From the NCBI GenBank assembly GCA_036794825.1, contig DAIRGA010000022.1, positions 4,008-68,007 on the forward strand: a stretch of 64,000 nt of DNA, read 5' to 3'. Made by a program: the position numbers and the translations under genes. Below the pieces are notes generated by a model. The model saw only the letters and a list, made by a program, of their open reading frames with translations, was not told where the DNA came from and searched no databases. The stretch comes from Bacteroidales bacterium (GTDB taxonomy: Bacteria > Bacteroidota > Bacteroidia > Bacteroidales > 4484-276). Positions 37,496-46,870 of this stretch are shown one piece after another; position 1 is the stretch's first letter; every line of letters begins with the position of its first letter.

Positions 37496-39815
37496 TTTGA
37501 TATTGTAAAAACCTGGTTCTTAAATCTTCAATTTTTTCTTCGGGCGAAAGCATCGGAAAGAACCCAACCGCATATTGGATGTTGAGCTGGCTCCTGATGT
37601 AATCATAGATCGAAACGGCAAAGCGCAGTTTTGCCTGTGTTGAGTTACGCTGTGCGTCAATCAGCTGGGTGATGTCAATGTCGCCTTCGCTGTAACGTAT
37701 TTGCATGAGTTTAAAATTGTTTTCGGCGTTTTCAGCAGCAATTCTGCTGAAGTCAATGTTTGTGGAGGCTGCGATGGTTCCGAGTACCGATGTCCTGACA
37801 GCGAGTTCAAGCTCCTGGTCGAGCTGCATCATCGAATTGTTCAGCTGGTCCAGTTGTATGATGGAAGTCCTGAGATCCGTTTTCCTGGTAAGCTGTGAAA
37901 ATAGCGGGTACCTCAACCCTACGCCAACACTCCATGTGTTATCAATAAAATCGCGGCCCTCGGTAGGTACCGAACCCTCTCCGCCCCTGGCAAAAATCTG
38001 TGTGGTACCAGCCTGAAGCGCTATATCAGGGGAGTAGAACATCCGTTTATCCTGTTTGCGTTTCCTGTCGAGCGCATTGATTTGTTCGACGATGAACTTT
38101 TTATTGGGATTTACGCTAATTGCTTCATCCACCAGGAAGCTGATCAGGAGGGTCACGTCCTGCACGTTTTTGACGTACTGACCTATGATTCCGTTGCGAA
38201 ACTGCTGGTAAAGTTCACCATCTACGGAAATATCCTCAATGTCGTACTCTTTCCCGAGAGTATAAGCCAGCTTGCTGTTGAGGCTTGCTTTCAACTCAAG
38301 CAGGTTGGTTGATGCCTCCACAACCTCCTGCCTGGCCAGTGCTACCTCACTTTCCCACCTGTAAAGTTCGCTGCGGCCTGCAGCGCCTGACTCAACCTGC
38401 AATTTTGCCAGATTAAGGTTGATCTCCAGGTTTTCAAGATTTTCCTGTTCTATGGTTAATACAGATTTTGCTGCAAGCACATTCAGGTAATCGTTAAAGA
38501 TGTTCAGAATAACCTCAAGGATTTCGGCTTCGGTAAGGTATTCCTGTGCTTTTTGATAATACTTGGCGATTTTGATTCCCGCTACAGCCTTTTGCGACCA
38601 GATCACCTGGTCGAGTTGCAATTGTCCGTTCAGAAGTCGCTGAGGTTCGCTCATACTGGCACTTTCGGCGCTGATTTGCCGGCCGTTAACAGTCAGATCA
38701 AGGTTGGGCAACACCGACGACCTGGCGGCTTTAACATCCTGTATTGCCAGTTGGATATCCTGATTGGAAATGGCAATATTCAGGTTGTTTTTAAAAGCCA
38801 GCTCGATGATGTCAGCCAGCGAATGAACCGGTAATCCTTCATCATCCTTCACCGATTTTGCCGTGAATAATACGTCGAAAGGCAGTAAAAGGTTGATGGC
38901 TTTGGCAGTTTTTTCGTTGATAAAAAGGCTCTCGGGATACAATGTTTTCACATCCATCTCCTCCAGCGCTTTACCTGACAACGCCTCATCCACCATTACG
39001 CCAAGTTTACGGCTAATCTGGGCAAAACTGTTATCACCGGCAAAGCAGGCCAGTATGCCCTGATTGACATGCCATTTGTACCCGCTGAAGGATGGCAAAC
39101 CTTTCTCGCTCAAACGATCGGCAAGTTGCCGGATTTCCTCTGTTGAACGGACACCCAGGTCGGCAACATATACGGCATCTGTTTCAGGATTCAATTGGCC
39201 GGTTGAAGCAAGGATATCTTCTCTCACTTCAAGGATGTTGATTCTCGTTTTCAGCTTCTGTTCCAGCAGCCTTAACCCCTGGTTCTGATCTGCCGAAATC
39301 AGCGACAATGCCGTACCCGGGCTTACAAGCAGGGTAAGATTCTGATAGGGAAATATTTTACGGAACTCTGCCAGGTCAACTTCCAGTCCGTTTGTTGACC
39401 AGATGTAGGTAAAATTCGGAATCCCTGATTTTCCATCCTGGTAGGGGATTTCCTGAATGACGGGATCAATCACACCCAATCCAAACGTGGGTACCGGTAA
39501 GCGTGCCAGGCCGGAAACTCCTTTTACACTGATGCCACCAATTAAAATGGCAAGGTCGGTTTTTGCGGCCAGGCGGGAATAATTTCCGGCAGCCTCTTCA
39601 AGGCTGATGTTGTTGAAGGATACATCTGCCGGCGAAACTGTTACTGTTTTCCCTGAGCCGATGGTCTGGTCAATCTGGTTCACCATCACCCTGAGAATCG
39701 AATCCATTTCGGGCGACTGCCGGAAATCAGTAACTATTCCGATTTTGTAATCCTGTGCTTTGGCCGGCAGCAGGAAGATCATGAAAAGAAGGACAATTGC
39801 AATTGTATTACGCAT
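37476..39815 (-). CDS. TolC-family outer-membrane efflux protein fused to an N-terminal ~310-aa periplasmic-binding-protein (ABC_sub_bind)-like domain
   Basis: 779 aa, against about 450 for a typical TolC-family protein. Residues from about 331 onward (LADIIELAFKNNLNIAISNQDIQLA...) show the two-repeat TolC pattern. Residues 21-330 (YKIGIVTDF...DLAILIGG...PVPTFGLGVIDP...DAVYV...LPSF...INEKTAKAINLLLPFDVL) follow the type-I PBP / ABC_sub_bind pattern. Confidence 0.75.
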   Translation of the reverse strand: MRNTIAIVLLFMIFLLPAKAQDYKIGIVTDFRQSPEMDSILRVMVNQIDQTIGSGKTVTVSPADVSFNNISLEEAAGNYSRLAAKTDLAILIGGISVKGVSGLARLPVPTFGLGVIDPVIQEIPYQDGKSGIPNFTYIWSTNGLEVDLAEFRKIFPYQNLTLLVSPGTALSLISADQNQGLRLLEQKLKTRINILEVREDILASTGQLNPETDAVYVADLGVRSTEEIRQLADRLSEKGLPSFSGYKWHVNQGILACFAGDNSFAQISRKLGVMVDEALSGKALEEMDVKTLYPESLFINEKTAKAINLLLPFDVLFTAKSVKDDEGLPVHSLADIIELAFKNNLNIAISNQDIQLAIQDVKAARSSVLPNLDLTVNGRQISAESASMSEPQRLLNGQLQLDQVIWSQKAVAGIKIAKYYQKAQEYLTEAEILEVILNIFNDYLNVLAAKSVLTIEQENLENLEINLNLAKLQVESGAAGRSELYRWESEVALARQEVVEASTNLLELKASLNSKLAYTLGKEYDIEDISVDGELYQQFRNGIIGQYVKNVQDVTLLISFLVDEAISVNPNKKFIVEQINALDRKRKQDKRMFYSPDIALQAGTTQIFARGGEGSVPTEGRDFIDNTWSVGVGLRYPLFSQLTRKTDLRTSIIQLDQLNNSMMQLDQELELAVRTSVLGTIAASTNIDFSRIAAENAENNFKLMQIRYSEGDIDITQLIDAQRNSTQAKLRFAVSIYDYIRSQLNIQYAVGFFPMLSPEEKIEDLRTRFLQYQNVNSNE

Positions 39816-39880
39816 TTTGATTGATATGTAAGTTAAGTAGCAAAGGCGATTCGAAATTTCGATTTGAGTTGTTTAACGCA

Positions 39881-40654
39881 TTAATCTATAGTCTGGATAC
39901 CACCACCATTTACAATCAAGAACTGTCCGCTTACCCATTTCGAAACAGGTGAGGCAAAGTACAAAACAGCCCCTGCAATATCATCCACTTCACCAATTCG
40001 TTTGATTGACGTATGTGCCAGCAGTTTTTCTTCTGTATCACTGGTAAGTACCGAAGCAGGAGAGGATGGTCTGGTAGCTCCGGGCTCAATTGCGTTCACA
40101 CGGATATTGGCCGGCTCGTAATCCTTTGCAAGATTAGCAGTCCAGTGTTTTATGGCTGCTTTGGATGCCCCGAAAGCGCTATTGGGCTGACTAGTATTGA
40201 TGCTGCTAACCGAAGTAATGTTTATGATGGAACCGTAACCTGCCCTTTTCATATGCGGTGCGCACAGCTGTGAAAGCCTCCATGCGCTGAAAATGTTCAT
40301 GTCATAACGCAAACCAGAATCGTGAGAAGAATTATTTCCTTGATTCCCTGGTCCAAATGAAGCACCAGCATTATTAACAAGGATATTTATGCTGCCAAAT
40401 TCAATTGCAGTCATTTCAACAAGACCCACAAGATCCTCTTCTTTGTTCACATCGCAAAACATCCCGATGGCTTTTCCCCCGTTCTGCTTTATCTCTGAAG
40501 CTACAGCAATTGCATCCTCAACATTCAGATCACTTACTGCAACGGCAGCGCCAGCTCTGGCCAGCATCAGACTACAGGCCTTGCCAATATAATTGCCACC
40601 TCCTGTGACAATTGCAACTTTACCGTCCAGTTTAAAAAGGTTACAAAGTTCCAT
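39881..40654 (-). CDS. Short-chain dehydrogenase/reductase (FabG-like) with an atypical active site
   Basis: TGGGNYIGKA (cofactor motif), NNAG and ITSVSS are present. The YxxxK motif reads FGASK: codon TTC at the Tyr position. Confidence 0.8.
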   Translation of the reverse strand: MELCNLFKLDGKVAIVTGGGNYIGKACSLMLARAGAAVAVSDLNVEDAIAVASEIKQNGGKAIGMFCDVNKEEDLVGLVEMTAIEFGSINILVNNAGASFGPGNQGNNSSHDSGLRYDMNIFSAWRLSQLCAPHMKRAGYGSIINITSVSSINTSQPNSAFGASKAAIKHWTANLAKDYEPANIRVNAIEPGATRPSSPASVLTSDTEEKLLAHTSIKRIGEVDDIAGAVLYFASPVSKWVSGQFLIVNGGGIQTID

Positions 40655-41020
40655 GATTTTACATTTGAAAAAGGTTGTTATGATTGATAAATCCGTGCTT
40701 TAATTACATTTTTAGTCTGGTGATTAATTATATCTGCAACCCAACCGGCTTTGATTTTATGAAGGCTGGTCGCGGAGGAGGGTGAAAACGCTGACGACTC
40801 TCCAATCCGCGGCAACAGGAAGTATTGCATGGTTAGCTTGTCTGACGCGTAAAAGTCATTGTTGAAGTTGATCCACCAACCTCGCTGAAAGCATGATGTT
40901 TCGATTGTGTTAATCTGTCCTGATAACCTACTTTTCATATTATTGCCTAACGGTACATCTTTACTCATTTTCCGAAGAAAAACTGTTTTGAAAATCCACA
41001 CGATGTTTTGTTTAAACTCC

Positions 41021-41057
41021 GCAAAGAAACAAAAAAAATATTTTTTTGTTTCTTTGC
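41021..41057. promoter_or_regulatory. Perfect 17-bp inverted repeat (3-nt spacer), candidate TetR operator or promoter element
   Basis: gcaaagaaacaaaaaaa-ata-tttttttgtttctttgc ends 28 nt upstream of the TetR start at 41085. It sits in the divergent region toward the SDR/efflux operon. Confidence 0.45.
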
Positions 41058-41084
41058 AGCAGAAAAAAGAAATAAAAACTTTGT

Positions 41085-41732
41085 ATGACAGGTTACAACA
41101 AGGGGAAACAGTCTCGAAATGAGATCATTAACAGTGCGCGGGAGATTTTTAATACGTACGGGATTCAGATCACTCTGGCAAAACTGGCTGAATTGATGAA
41201 TACAACGCTGGGTCGTTTAACCCATCATTTTAAAAATAAGGATCTGCTCTTTATCGCCATCGCGCAGGATTATGAAATGCAATTGGCGGAATTGAGAAAA
41301 CAAAAGAGTCACCATCAGATTACCATGGATACTTTTGTAGACCGGGCTTCTGCTGTCATGGATCTCCAGTACGATTACAGGTGTGCTGTGAGGTACATCG
41401 TTTCGTCGCTGATGACCAGGGATGAGATAAAAATTCACCTCCAGGAGACCTACATGAATAATCGGAACAACATTAAAAAATTGATCGAAGCTCTTGTGCA
41501 TGTGGGTATGTTGCAACCGAGGGTTCTTGACGACGACATCTATGAGATATTCCTCTTTCAGCTTACCAATTTGTTCACTAACTGGGTAATCAACCTCGAG
41601 CTGTATGACGTGAATAAGGAGTATGCTGAAGCAAAGCCGGTTTACCTGAAAGGCATAGTTTTTATTTTTCTGCCTTTCCTCACCGAACAGGGAAAGCAGG
41701 AATTGGAGGACAATGGCATTTTAAAAACCTGA
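41085..41732 (+). CDS. TetR/AcrR-family transcriptional regulator
   Basis: 215 aa. N-terminal HTH SRNEIINSAREIFNTYGIQITLAKLAELMNTTLGRLTHHFKNKDLL matches the TetR_N pattern. Confidence 0.85.
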   Translation: MTGYNKGKQSRNEIINSAREIFNTYGIQITLAKLAELMNTTLGRLTHHFKNKDLLFIAIAQDYEMQLAELRKQKSHHQITMDTFVDRASAVMDLQYDYRCAVRYIVSSLMTRDEIKIHLQETYMNNRNNIKKLIEALVHVGMLQPRVLDDDIYEIFLFQLTNLFTNWVINLELYDVNKEYAEAKPVYLKGIVFIFLPFLTEQGKQELEDNGILKT

Positions 41733-41889
41733 AAATTTTCATTTTCAGACGCAGCTATCGGGGATGGGAAGGTAAATGCGTCAGAAAGTATCCGAAATCA
41801 GGGATTAAACAAATAGTATGCAGTTCAATTTTAAAAATTTTCGATGAAAATGTACGGTTTGAATTTTTACTCAATTAAATCAAATAGCT

Positions 41890-42621
41890 ATGCTGAAAGT
41901 TAAACCACTCTGCTTATGCCTGACATTAAGTCTTTTGACTTATCATGCCTTTTCACAAGACGACAATTCAAAGAGGTATCATGGGGCCGACATCGAAGTG
42001 AACACCAATAAGGGAGATTTCATGATTGGTGGCACTTTAGGTCTTGATCTCAAAGAAGCTGAAAATCAAAATCAATTGCTCAGAACCGCCATCAACGAAA
42101 ACAGTGACAAGTTCAATCTTCGCATTGATGGCGCCTATGCGTTGAAAGACGACTGGTTCGCTGGCATGGGATTTTTATGGGGTGTCAGCAATAGCGAAGG
42201 AGATTATGAAGACCCCAATACTGGTGATATTTCAAATATCAGATATCATGGCACGACCTATTCTCTCAGGCCATTCATCAAAAACCTCCTGCCTCTGAGC
42301 GCAAACCGGCGATTTAATCTGATGGTGCAAACAGAGCTTGGATTTGGTATAGATCAATCCATCGAAGAGACAACAACCAACGAAATTGTTACCCGTAAGC
42401 TTACCAGGGAGTGGGGAATGGGGTTAGGAGTGAGGCCTGGCCTGCTGGCTTTTGTCATGAAGAACTTTGCCGTCGAAGCCTCAGTAAATGTTGCCGGCGC
42501 CAAATATACCATCACTGAGATCAATAGCACCAATGCACCGGATACGAAGGTGCAATCCGGCAGTCTCGACCTCAAAATTGATTTGTTGCAGTTAAACCTC
42601 GGTTTTATAGGATATTTTTAA
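41890..42621 (+). CDS. Outer-membrane beta-barrel protein (porin-family/OmpA-barrel-like)
   Basis: Signal peptide, alternating beta-strand pattern, C-terminal ...LGFIGYF. Confidence 0.55.
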   Translation: MLKVKPLCLCLTLSLLTYHAFSQDDNSKRYHGADIEVNTNKGDFMIGGTLGLDLKEAENQNQLLRTAINENSDKFNLRIDGAYALKDDWFAGMGFLWGVSNSEGDYEDPNTGDISNIRYHGTTYSLRPFIKNLLPLSANRRFNLMVQTELGFGIDQSIEETTTNEIVTRKLTREWGMGLGVRPGLLAFVMKNFAVEASVNVAGAKYTITEINSTNAPDTKVQSGSLDLKIDLLQLNLGFIGYF

Positions 42622-42627
42622 GAAGCT

Positions 42628-43677
42628 ATGAAGAAGTCAATCGTTTTTTCAATCGCAGCTATTCTTTTAGTAAGTTCCTGCATTAATGAGGATTACTTTG
42701 GGAAATCGCCCTATAAAAGAATCAACAGTTTTACGTTGCCACAGCAGCTTGGCGCCAGTGTTATTAAGCACGACAGCCTGATTGTAAGGATTACGGTTTC
42801 CGAAAAGCAGGATATAACAGCCATGCAGCCCACGGCGCTTACTATTTCAAATTTTGCCACCGTCAATCCTGGTATAGATCGGGTGAGGGATTTTTCTGAG
42901 CCCGTAGTTTATACAGTTACTGCTGAGAATGGTTCGCAGGCCGATTACGTTGTTTATGTTGATACAGATGCGCCGGAAATACAAATTCCCAATTCAGGCT
43001 TCAACAACTGGTATCTTACCAATGCCGGCTATTACCAGATTGGCAGCGGGCCGAACGATACCGTGTGGTGCACCGGAAATGAAGGGGTGGTTACCATGGG
43101 ACAGGCGAATACACTTCCACTTTTTACAGGTAATGATACCGTTGCAGAGCTTACAACCCTTAAACTGGGTTTCCTGGCTCAGCTTGTCGGACAGGGTATC
43201 GCAGCCGGATCCTTGTTCACCGGCACCTTTGAGTTAAACCTGGCTAACCCGCCTGAGAGTCCCCGGTTCGGAACACCGTTCATCGCCCGGCCCAAATCAT
43301 TCAGCGTGATGTTCCGTTACATTCCCGGAGAGCAATTGACCAATGGCTTCGGAAATCCGATAGCTGGAAAAGACTCCGTGGATATCGCTGTGCTGTTGGA
43401 AGACCGGAGCAGTTTACCCTGGAAACGAATAGCCACAGCCTGGTACCGCACCGATGAAGCCACTCCAGAGTGGACAGAACTGAAGCTTCCTCTGTTTTAC
43501 GGCCAGCCCGGAAATCCTGCTTATTACGAAATCCCTGTGAATGGCACCTGGGGTAATGGTGATGAAACACCAACTCACATATCGGTCATTTTTTCGAGCA
43601 GCGCACGTGGGGCATTTTTCGAAGGAGCACCAGGCAGTGAGTTGCTGTTGAACAATTTTCAACTCTATTATGATTAA
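42628..43677 (+). CDS. Lipoprotein, PCMD (putative carbohydrate metabolism domain)-like
   Basis: Lipobox LLVSSCINED. IPNSGFNNWY...WCTGNEG...TGTF... resembles PCMD-domain lipoproteins of Bacteroidota. Assigned from memory of the family pattern only. Confidence 0.45.
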   Translation: MKKSIVFSIAAILLVSSCINEDYFGKSPYKRINSFTLPQQLGASVIKHDSLIVRITVSEKQDITAMQPTALTISNFATVNPGIDRVRDFSEPVVYTVTAENGSQADYVVYVDTDAPEIQIPNSGFNNWYLTNAGYYQIGSGPNDTVWCTGNEGVVTMGQANTLPLFTGNDTVAELTTLKLGFLAQLVGQGIAAGSLFTGTFELNLANPPESPRFGTPFIARPKSFSVMFRYIPGEQLTNGFGNPIAGKDSVDIAVLLEDRSSLPWKRIATAWYRTDEATPEWTELKLPLFYGQPGNPAYYEIPVNGTWGNGDETPTHISVIFSSSARGAFFEGAPGSELLLNNFQLYYD

Positions 43678-44884
43678 CAGATTGCGCATAGATCCTTACT
43701 TCCCTTTGCACAAATTGGTCAACAGTAGTTCTGACTTTGGACAAAAAAGCAGGAGCCTGCTCGCTGTGGGTTTATTAATTGCCGTTTGTGTTTCCGGAAT
43801 GGGGTTTACCTTTGGTCAGACGGCACCTGATAAATACCGTTTCATCGAGATAAAGGGACATAGCGGCAGACATCTTTACACAGGTGAACAACTCAACAGC
43901 ACGGTTGACAACGGATATGGAGCTGTTGAAGTGCGTTATGCCTGGAAATCAAACCGGCAAAAATGGGCTCCTGTTTATAATTACCCGGCATACGGCGTGG
44001 GATGGTATGCGGGATTCATTGGCAATCCTGACATTTTGGGTCAACCCAATGCACTTTACGGTTTTGTAAGTTTTAATCTCTCAAAACCAAAAAAAGCACA
44101 ATGGATGATTGAGCCGGCCGTGGGGCTCACCTACGATCTTAAGCCATACCAGCAATCCGACAACCCAACAAATGATGCAATCGGTGGTGTTTTGGCGGTT
44201 TATTTTAATCTTAACATGGGGGGAAGTCTGTTTCTGACGAGAGAATTGGATCTGACCTATGGTTTTGATATTACACATTTCAGCAATGGCCGGTCAAAGC
44301 AACCCAATTTTGGACTGAATATGGTTGGGTTGAACCTTGGCGCCCGATACCATTTCAATAACATGCAGCGCAGGATAGACAACAGCATCATACCTGTAAA
44401 CATTGTTAATGCCAGGCCGGAACAAAAGCCGGCAAAGCCCGATTCACTCATCAAAAAGGGTATTGTTCAGGTTTATTTTGCAGGTGGGACATCCCAGAAT
44501 AAGGAAGACATGGGTACTTCAAAAAGGTATTTTAATGGTACCATGCTGCTGGAATATTCACGAAGAATTTCGTTGATGCATGGTGTCACAGGAGGCCTGG
44601 ACCTTTTATATGATGCCAGTTTAAAACAGTATTATCCTGATATGAAAGATTATTTTATTCCGGCGATTCATACAGGATATGATTTTTATTTCTGGAAACT
44701 TGCCGTAAGAATGCAGTTTGGTTATTACCTGGAAGAAATAGATACCAAAGGAGCATGGTTTTTACGGCCTGCACTTATGTACAATTGGAGCGACAGGTGG
44801 TTTGCCCAGGTAGGCCTGAAAACGCTGGACGGCGGTGCTGCAGACTGGATTGAATGGGGTGTGGGTGTTAAGTTTCGCAATTAA
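43670..44884 (+). CDS. Acyloxyacyl hydrolase / PagL-like outer-membrane protein
   Basis: 404 aa. The motif DITHFSNGRSKQPNFGLNMVGLNLGARYHF resembles the H-x-S-N-G catalytic region of the lipid A deacylase (PagL) family. Overlaps the upstream gene by 8 nt. Confidence 0.45.
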   Translation: MINRLRIDPYFPLHKLVNSSSDFGQKSRSLLAVGLLIAVCVSGMGFTFGQTAPDKYRFIEIKGHSGRHLYTGEQLNSTVDNGYGAVEVRYAWKSNRQKWAPVYNYPAYGVGWYAGFIGNPDILGQPNALYGFVSFNLSKPKKAQWMIEPAVGLTYDLKPYQQSDNPTNDAIGGVLAVYFNLNMGGSLFLTRELDLTYGFDITHFSNGRSKQPNFGLNMVGLNLGARYHFNNMQRRIDNSIIPVNIVNARPEQKPAKPDSLIKKGIVQVYFAGGTSQNKEDMGTSKRYFNGTMLLEYSRRISLMHGVTGGLDLLYDASLKQYYPDMKDYFIPAIHTGYDFYFWKLAVRMQFGYYLEEIDTKGAWFLRPALMYNWSDRWFAQVGLKTLDGGAADWIEWGVGVKFRN

Positions 44885-45211
44885 TTGTTTTGCAAGCGCC
44901 CTGAAAATAGCACATGATCCTGAGAGCCAATTACCGGCTGGCCAAAATCATCTGTCTGGGTAAATGATGTAAGGAGAATCTTTATTGGTTGGCCAATCCT
45001 GAGATTCTGCCCGAATGTCCATTTTTTAGATTTTTCAATCTTTATTTGAAGCCTGATTAATTCCCAAAAGGCATCAATCCCTCTCCCCTCCAGCTAATTC
45101 CCCGCTCCAGGCAGATTGTAAAGAATCGGCAAAATGAACAAACCTTGCTGACCAGGCGCAATCCTTCCGGGCATTTCTTATGTTTGCATCCGGAATACAT
45201 TCTGACAGATC

Positions 45212-45835
45212 ATGGAACATACGCACAATCATGAACGGAAGACGCTTTGGGTAGTTGTCATTACAGCGGTAACGATGGTGGTGGAGATTTTTTTTGGTCT
45301 CACCACAAAATCCATGGCGCTGCTTGCCGATGGCATTCACATGGGGTCGCATGTACTGGCTATCGGGTTGAGCTGGATCGCCTATGTGATCGTTCGCAGG
45401 ATTTCGGCCAACGAGCAGTATAAGGGCGATAAGAACAGGATTCTTTCGTTGTCGGGTTACAGCAGCGGTCTGATGTTACTGGTTTTTTCGCTGGTTATAC
45501 TTTACGAAGCCATTGAGCGCATATTGAACCCGGCTGATATTCAGTACAAAGAAGCCATCCTGGTGGCGTCAATCGGGCTGATGGTAAATATTGCCAGTGC
45601 GTTTATACTGCATCACAAGCACGAAGAGGCCGATCACAATATCAGAGCGGCTTATCTGCATGTAATCGCCGATGCTTTAACCAGCGTTACGGCCATCGTG
45701 GCGCTGACAGGCGCAATGTTCTGGAACATCCTTTGGCTCGATGCTTTGGGTGCTATCATCAGCTCGTTTGTCATCATGAAATGGTCAGCCGGGCTGCTGA
45801 AAGACTCAGGAAAAGTGCTGCTCGGTTTGGATTGA
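45212..45835 (+). CDS. Cation diffusion facilitator (CDF) transporter, membrane domain only
   Basis: 207 aa. Six TM segments with CDF metal-site motifs (LLADGIHMGSH in TM2; HVIADALTSV in TM5). There is no C-terminal cytoplasmic domain. Confidence 0.7.
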   Translation: MEHTHNHERKTLWVVVITAVTMVVEIFFGLTTKSMALLADGIHMGSHVLAIGLSWIAYVIVRRISANEQYKGDKNRILSLSGYSSGLMLLVFSLVILYEAIERILNPADIQYKEAILVASIGLMVNIASAFILHHKHEEADHNIRAAYLHVIADALTSVTAIVALTGAMFWNILWLDALGAIISSFVIMKWSAGLLKDSGKVLLGLD

Positions 45836-46212
45836 GAGAAACCACGATTGTTCTTTTGGTGAATGTGATTAAACGCCTGGTCTTTATAATATGTTGAAAA
45901 TCTCCAGTGCTATCTGAGTGAACGCTAATCCATTGATAAGTAAACAATTCCTAAGAACTGGATTCATCAAGATGAAGGCCTCTTTTGATAACAGCTACAA
46001 ATTCACCGCATAAAATATTTTCTGGTAGCCCGGATAATCTTTTGATTTATCAAAACTAACTGAATTGTAGTTGCACTTACGGCTACCACAAAGCCACTTT
46101 CAGACAGAAAAACAACCCTTTCAGCAACTCTTATTTTTAATCCGGTATAACCCGACCCTACTTTTGTTCCGTGAATTTTCACGAATTATAAATCATTTAA
46201 AAAGTTAAAGTC

Positions 46213-46800
46213 ATGAGAACAAAAGTAATGTTAAGCATCGCACTCAGTCTTCTGGTAACGGTAATAACCTTTGGCCAGGAAAAAGAAAATCGTTTTGGAA
46301 TCGAAATCAACGGTGAGGTTTCGTTTGTGTCATCTGACCTTTCAGGCGCCAGTCTGAACACCGGTATGGGCTTTGAAACCATTTTACAGTACCGATTCAT
46401 GCCTTACACCAGCGTTTATGGCGGATGGGGCTGGATCAACTTTAACGCCGATGAATCGTTCGCCGGCCCGGATATGGATTTTGAACAAACCGGTTACATC
46501 CTTGGATTGCAGTTTATGCGTCAGATTGGAAGCTCGCCGGTTTCCTATTTCGCAAGAGCAGGCCTTTTATATTCTCACATCGAAACCGAAAATAATGACG
46601 GTGATATTATCAGCGACACGGGACATGGTGTTGGTTATCAGGTAGCCGGCGGTATCGAAGTGGCTATGGGTAAAAACTGGAGTCTGGCGCCAGGATTAAA
46701 ATTTAATTCTCTATCAGGAGAAACCGAAATAGAAGGCGTGAATTACCAGCTTGATCACCGCTATGTTTCAGCAAGGATAGGTGTTGTCAAAAGATTCTAA
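46213..46800 (+). CDS. Outer-membrane beta-barrel protein (OmpA-barrel/porin-family)
   Basis: Signal peptide MRTKVMLSIALSLLVTVITFGQ, an 8-strand-like pattern, C-terminal ...ARIGVVKRF. Confidence 0.6.
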   Translation: MRTKVMLSIALSLLVTVITFGQEKENRFGIEINGEVSFVSSDLSGASLNTGMGFETILQYRFMPYTSVYGGWGWINFNADESFAGPDMDFEQTGYILGLQFMRQIGSSPVSYFARAGLLYSHIETENNDGDIISDTGHGVGYQVAGGIEVAMGKNWSLAPGLKFNSLSGETEIEGVNYQLDHRYVSARIGVVKRF

Positions 46801-46816
46801 AAAAATGAACCCAGGT

Positions 46817-46851
46817 CGGGAAGTGGATTTTTCCTCTTCCCGGCTTTTTTT
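46817..46851 (+). terminator. Intrinsic terminator
   Basis: A 7-bp GC-rich stem, cgggaag (46817-46823) with cttcccg (46836-46842), followed by a T7 run, 17 nt after the stop at 46800. Confidence 0.7.
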
Positions 46852-46870
46852 ATCGCATCCGTAAATAATC

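Noticed and set aside
40678-41001. 107-aa minus-strand ORF between the SDR gene and the TetR gene
   Set aside because: It has no recognisable motifs and a low-complexity, odd composition. It occupies the divergent promoter region, so it is most likely non-coding.
45080-45112. cccctccagctaattccccgctccagg, a possible degenerate copy of the DUF559-associated hairpin repeat
   Set aside because: It shares only a 9-mer and an 8-mer half-site and has no intact hairpin. It is too weak to call a repeat copy; it is noted under the CDF finding only.
45061-45211. Possible metal (NiCo/czcD-type) riboswitch upstream of the CDF gene
   Set aside because: I could not recognise the conserved riboswitch core or a convincing four-way junction by eye. 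A covariance-model scan (Rfam) would be required.
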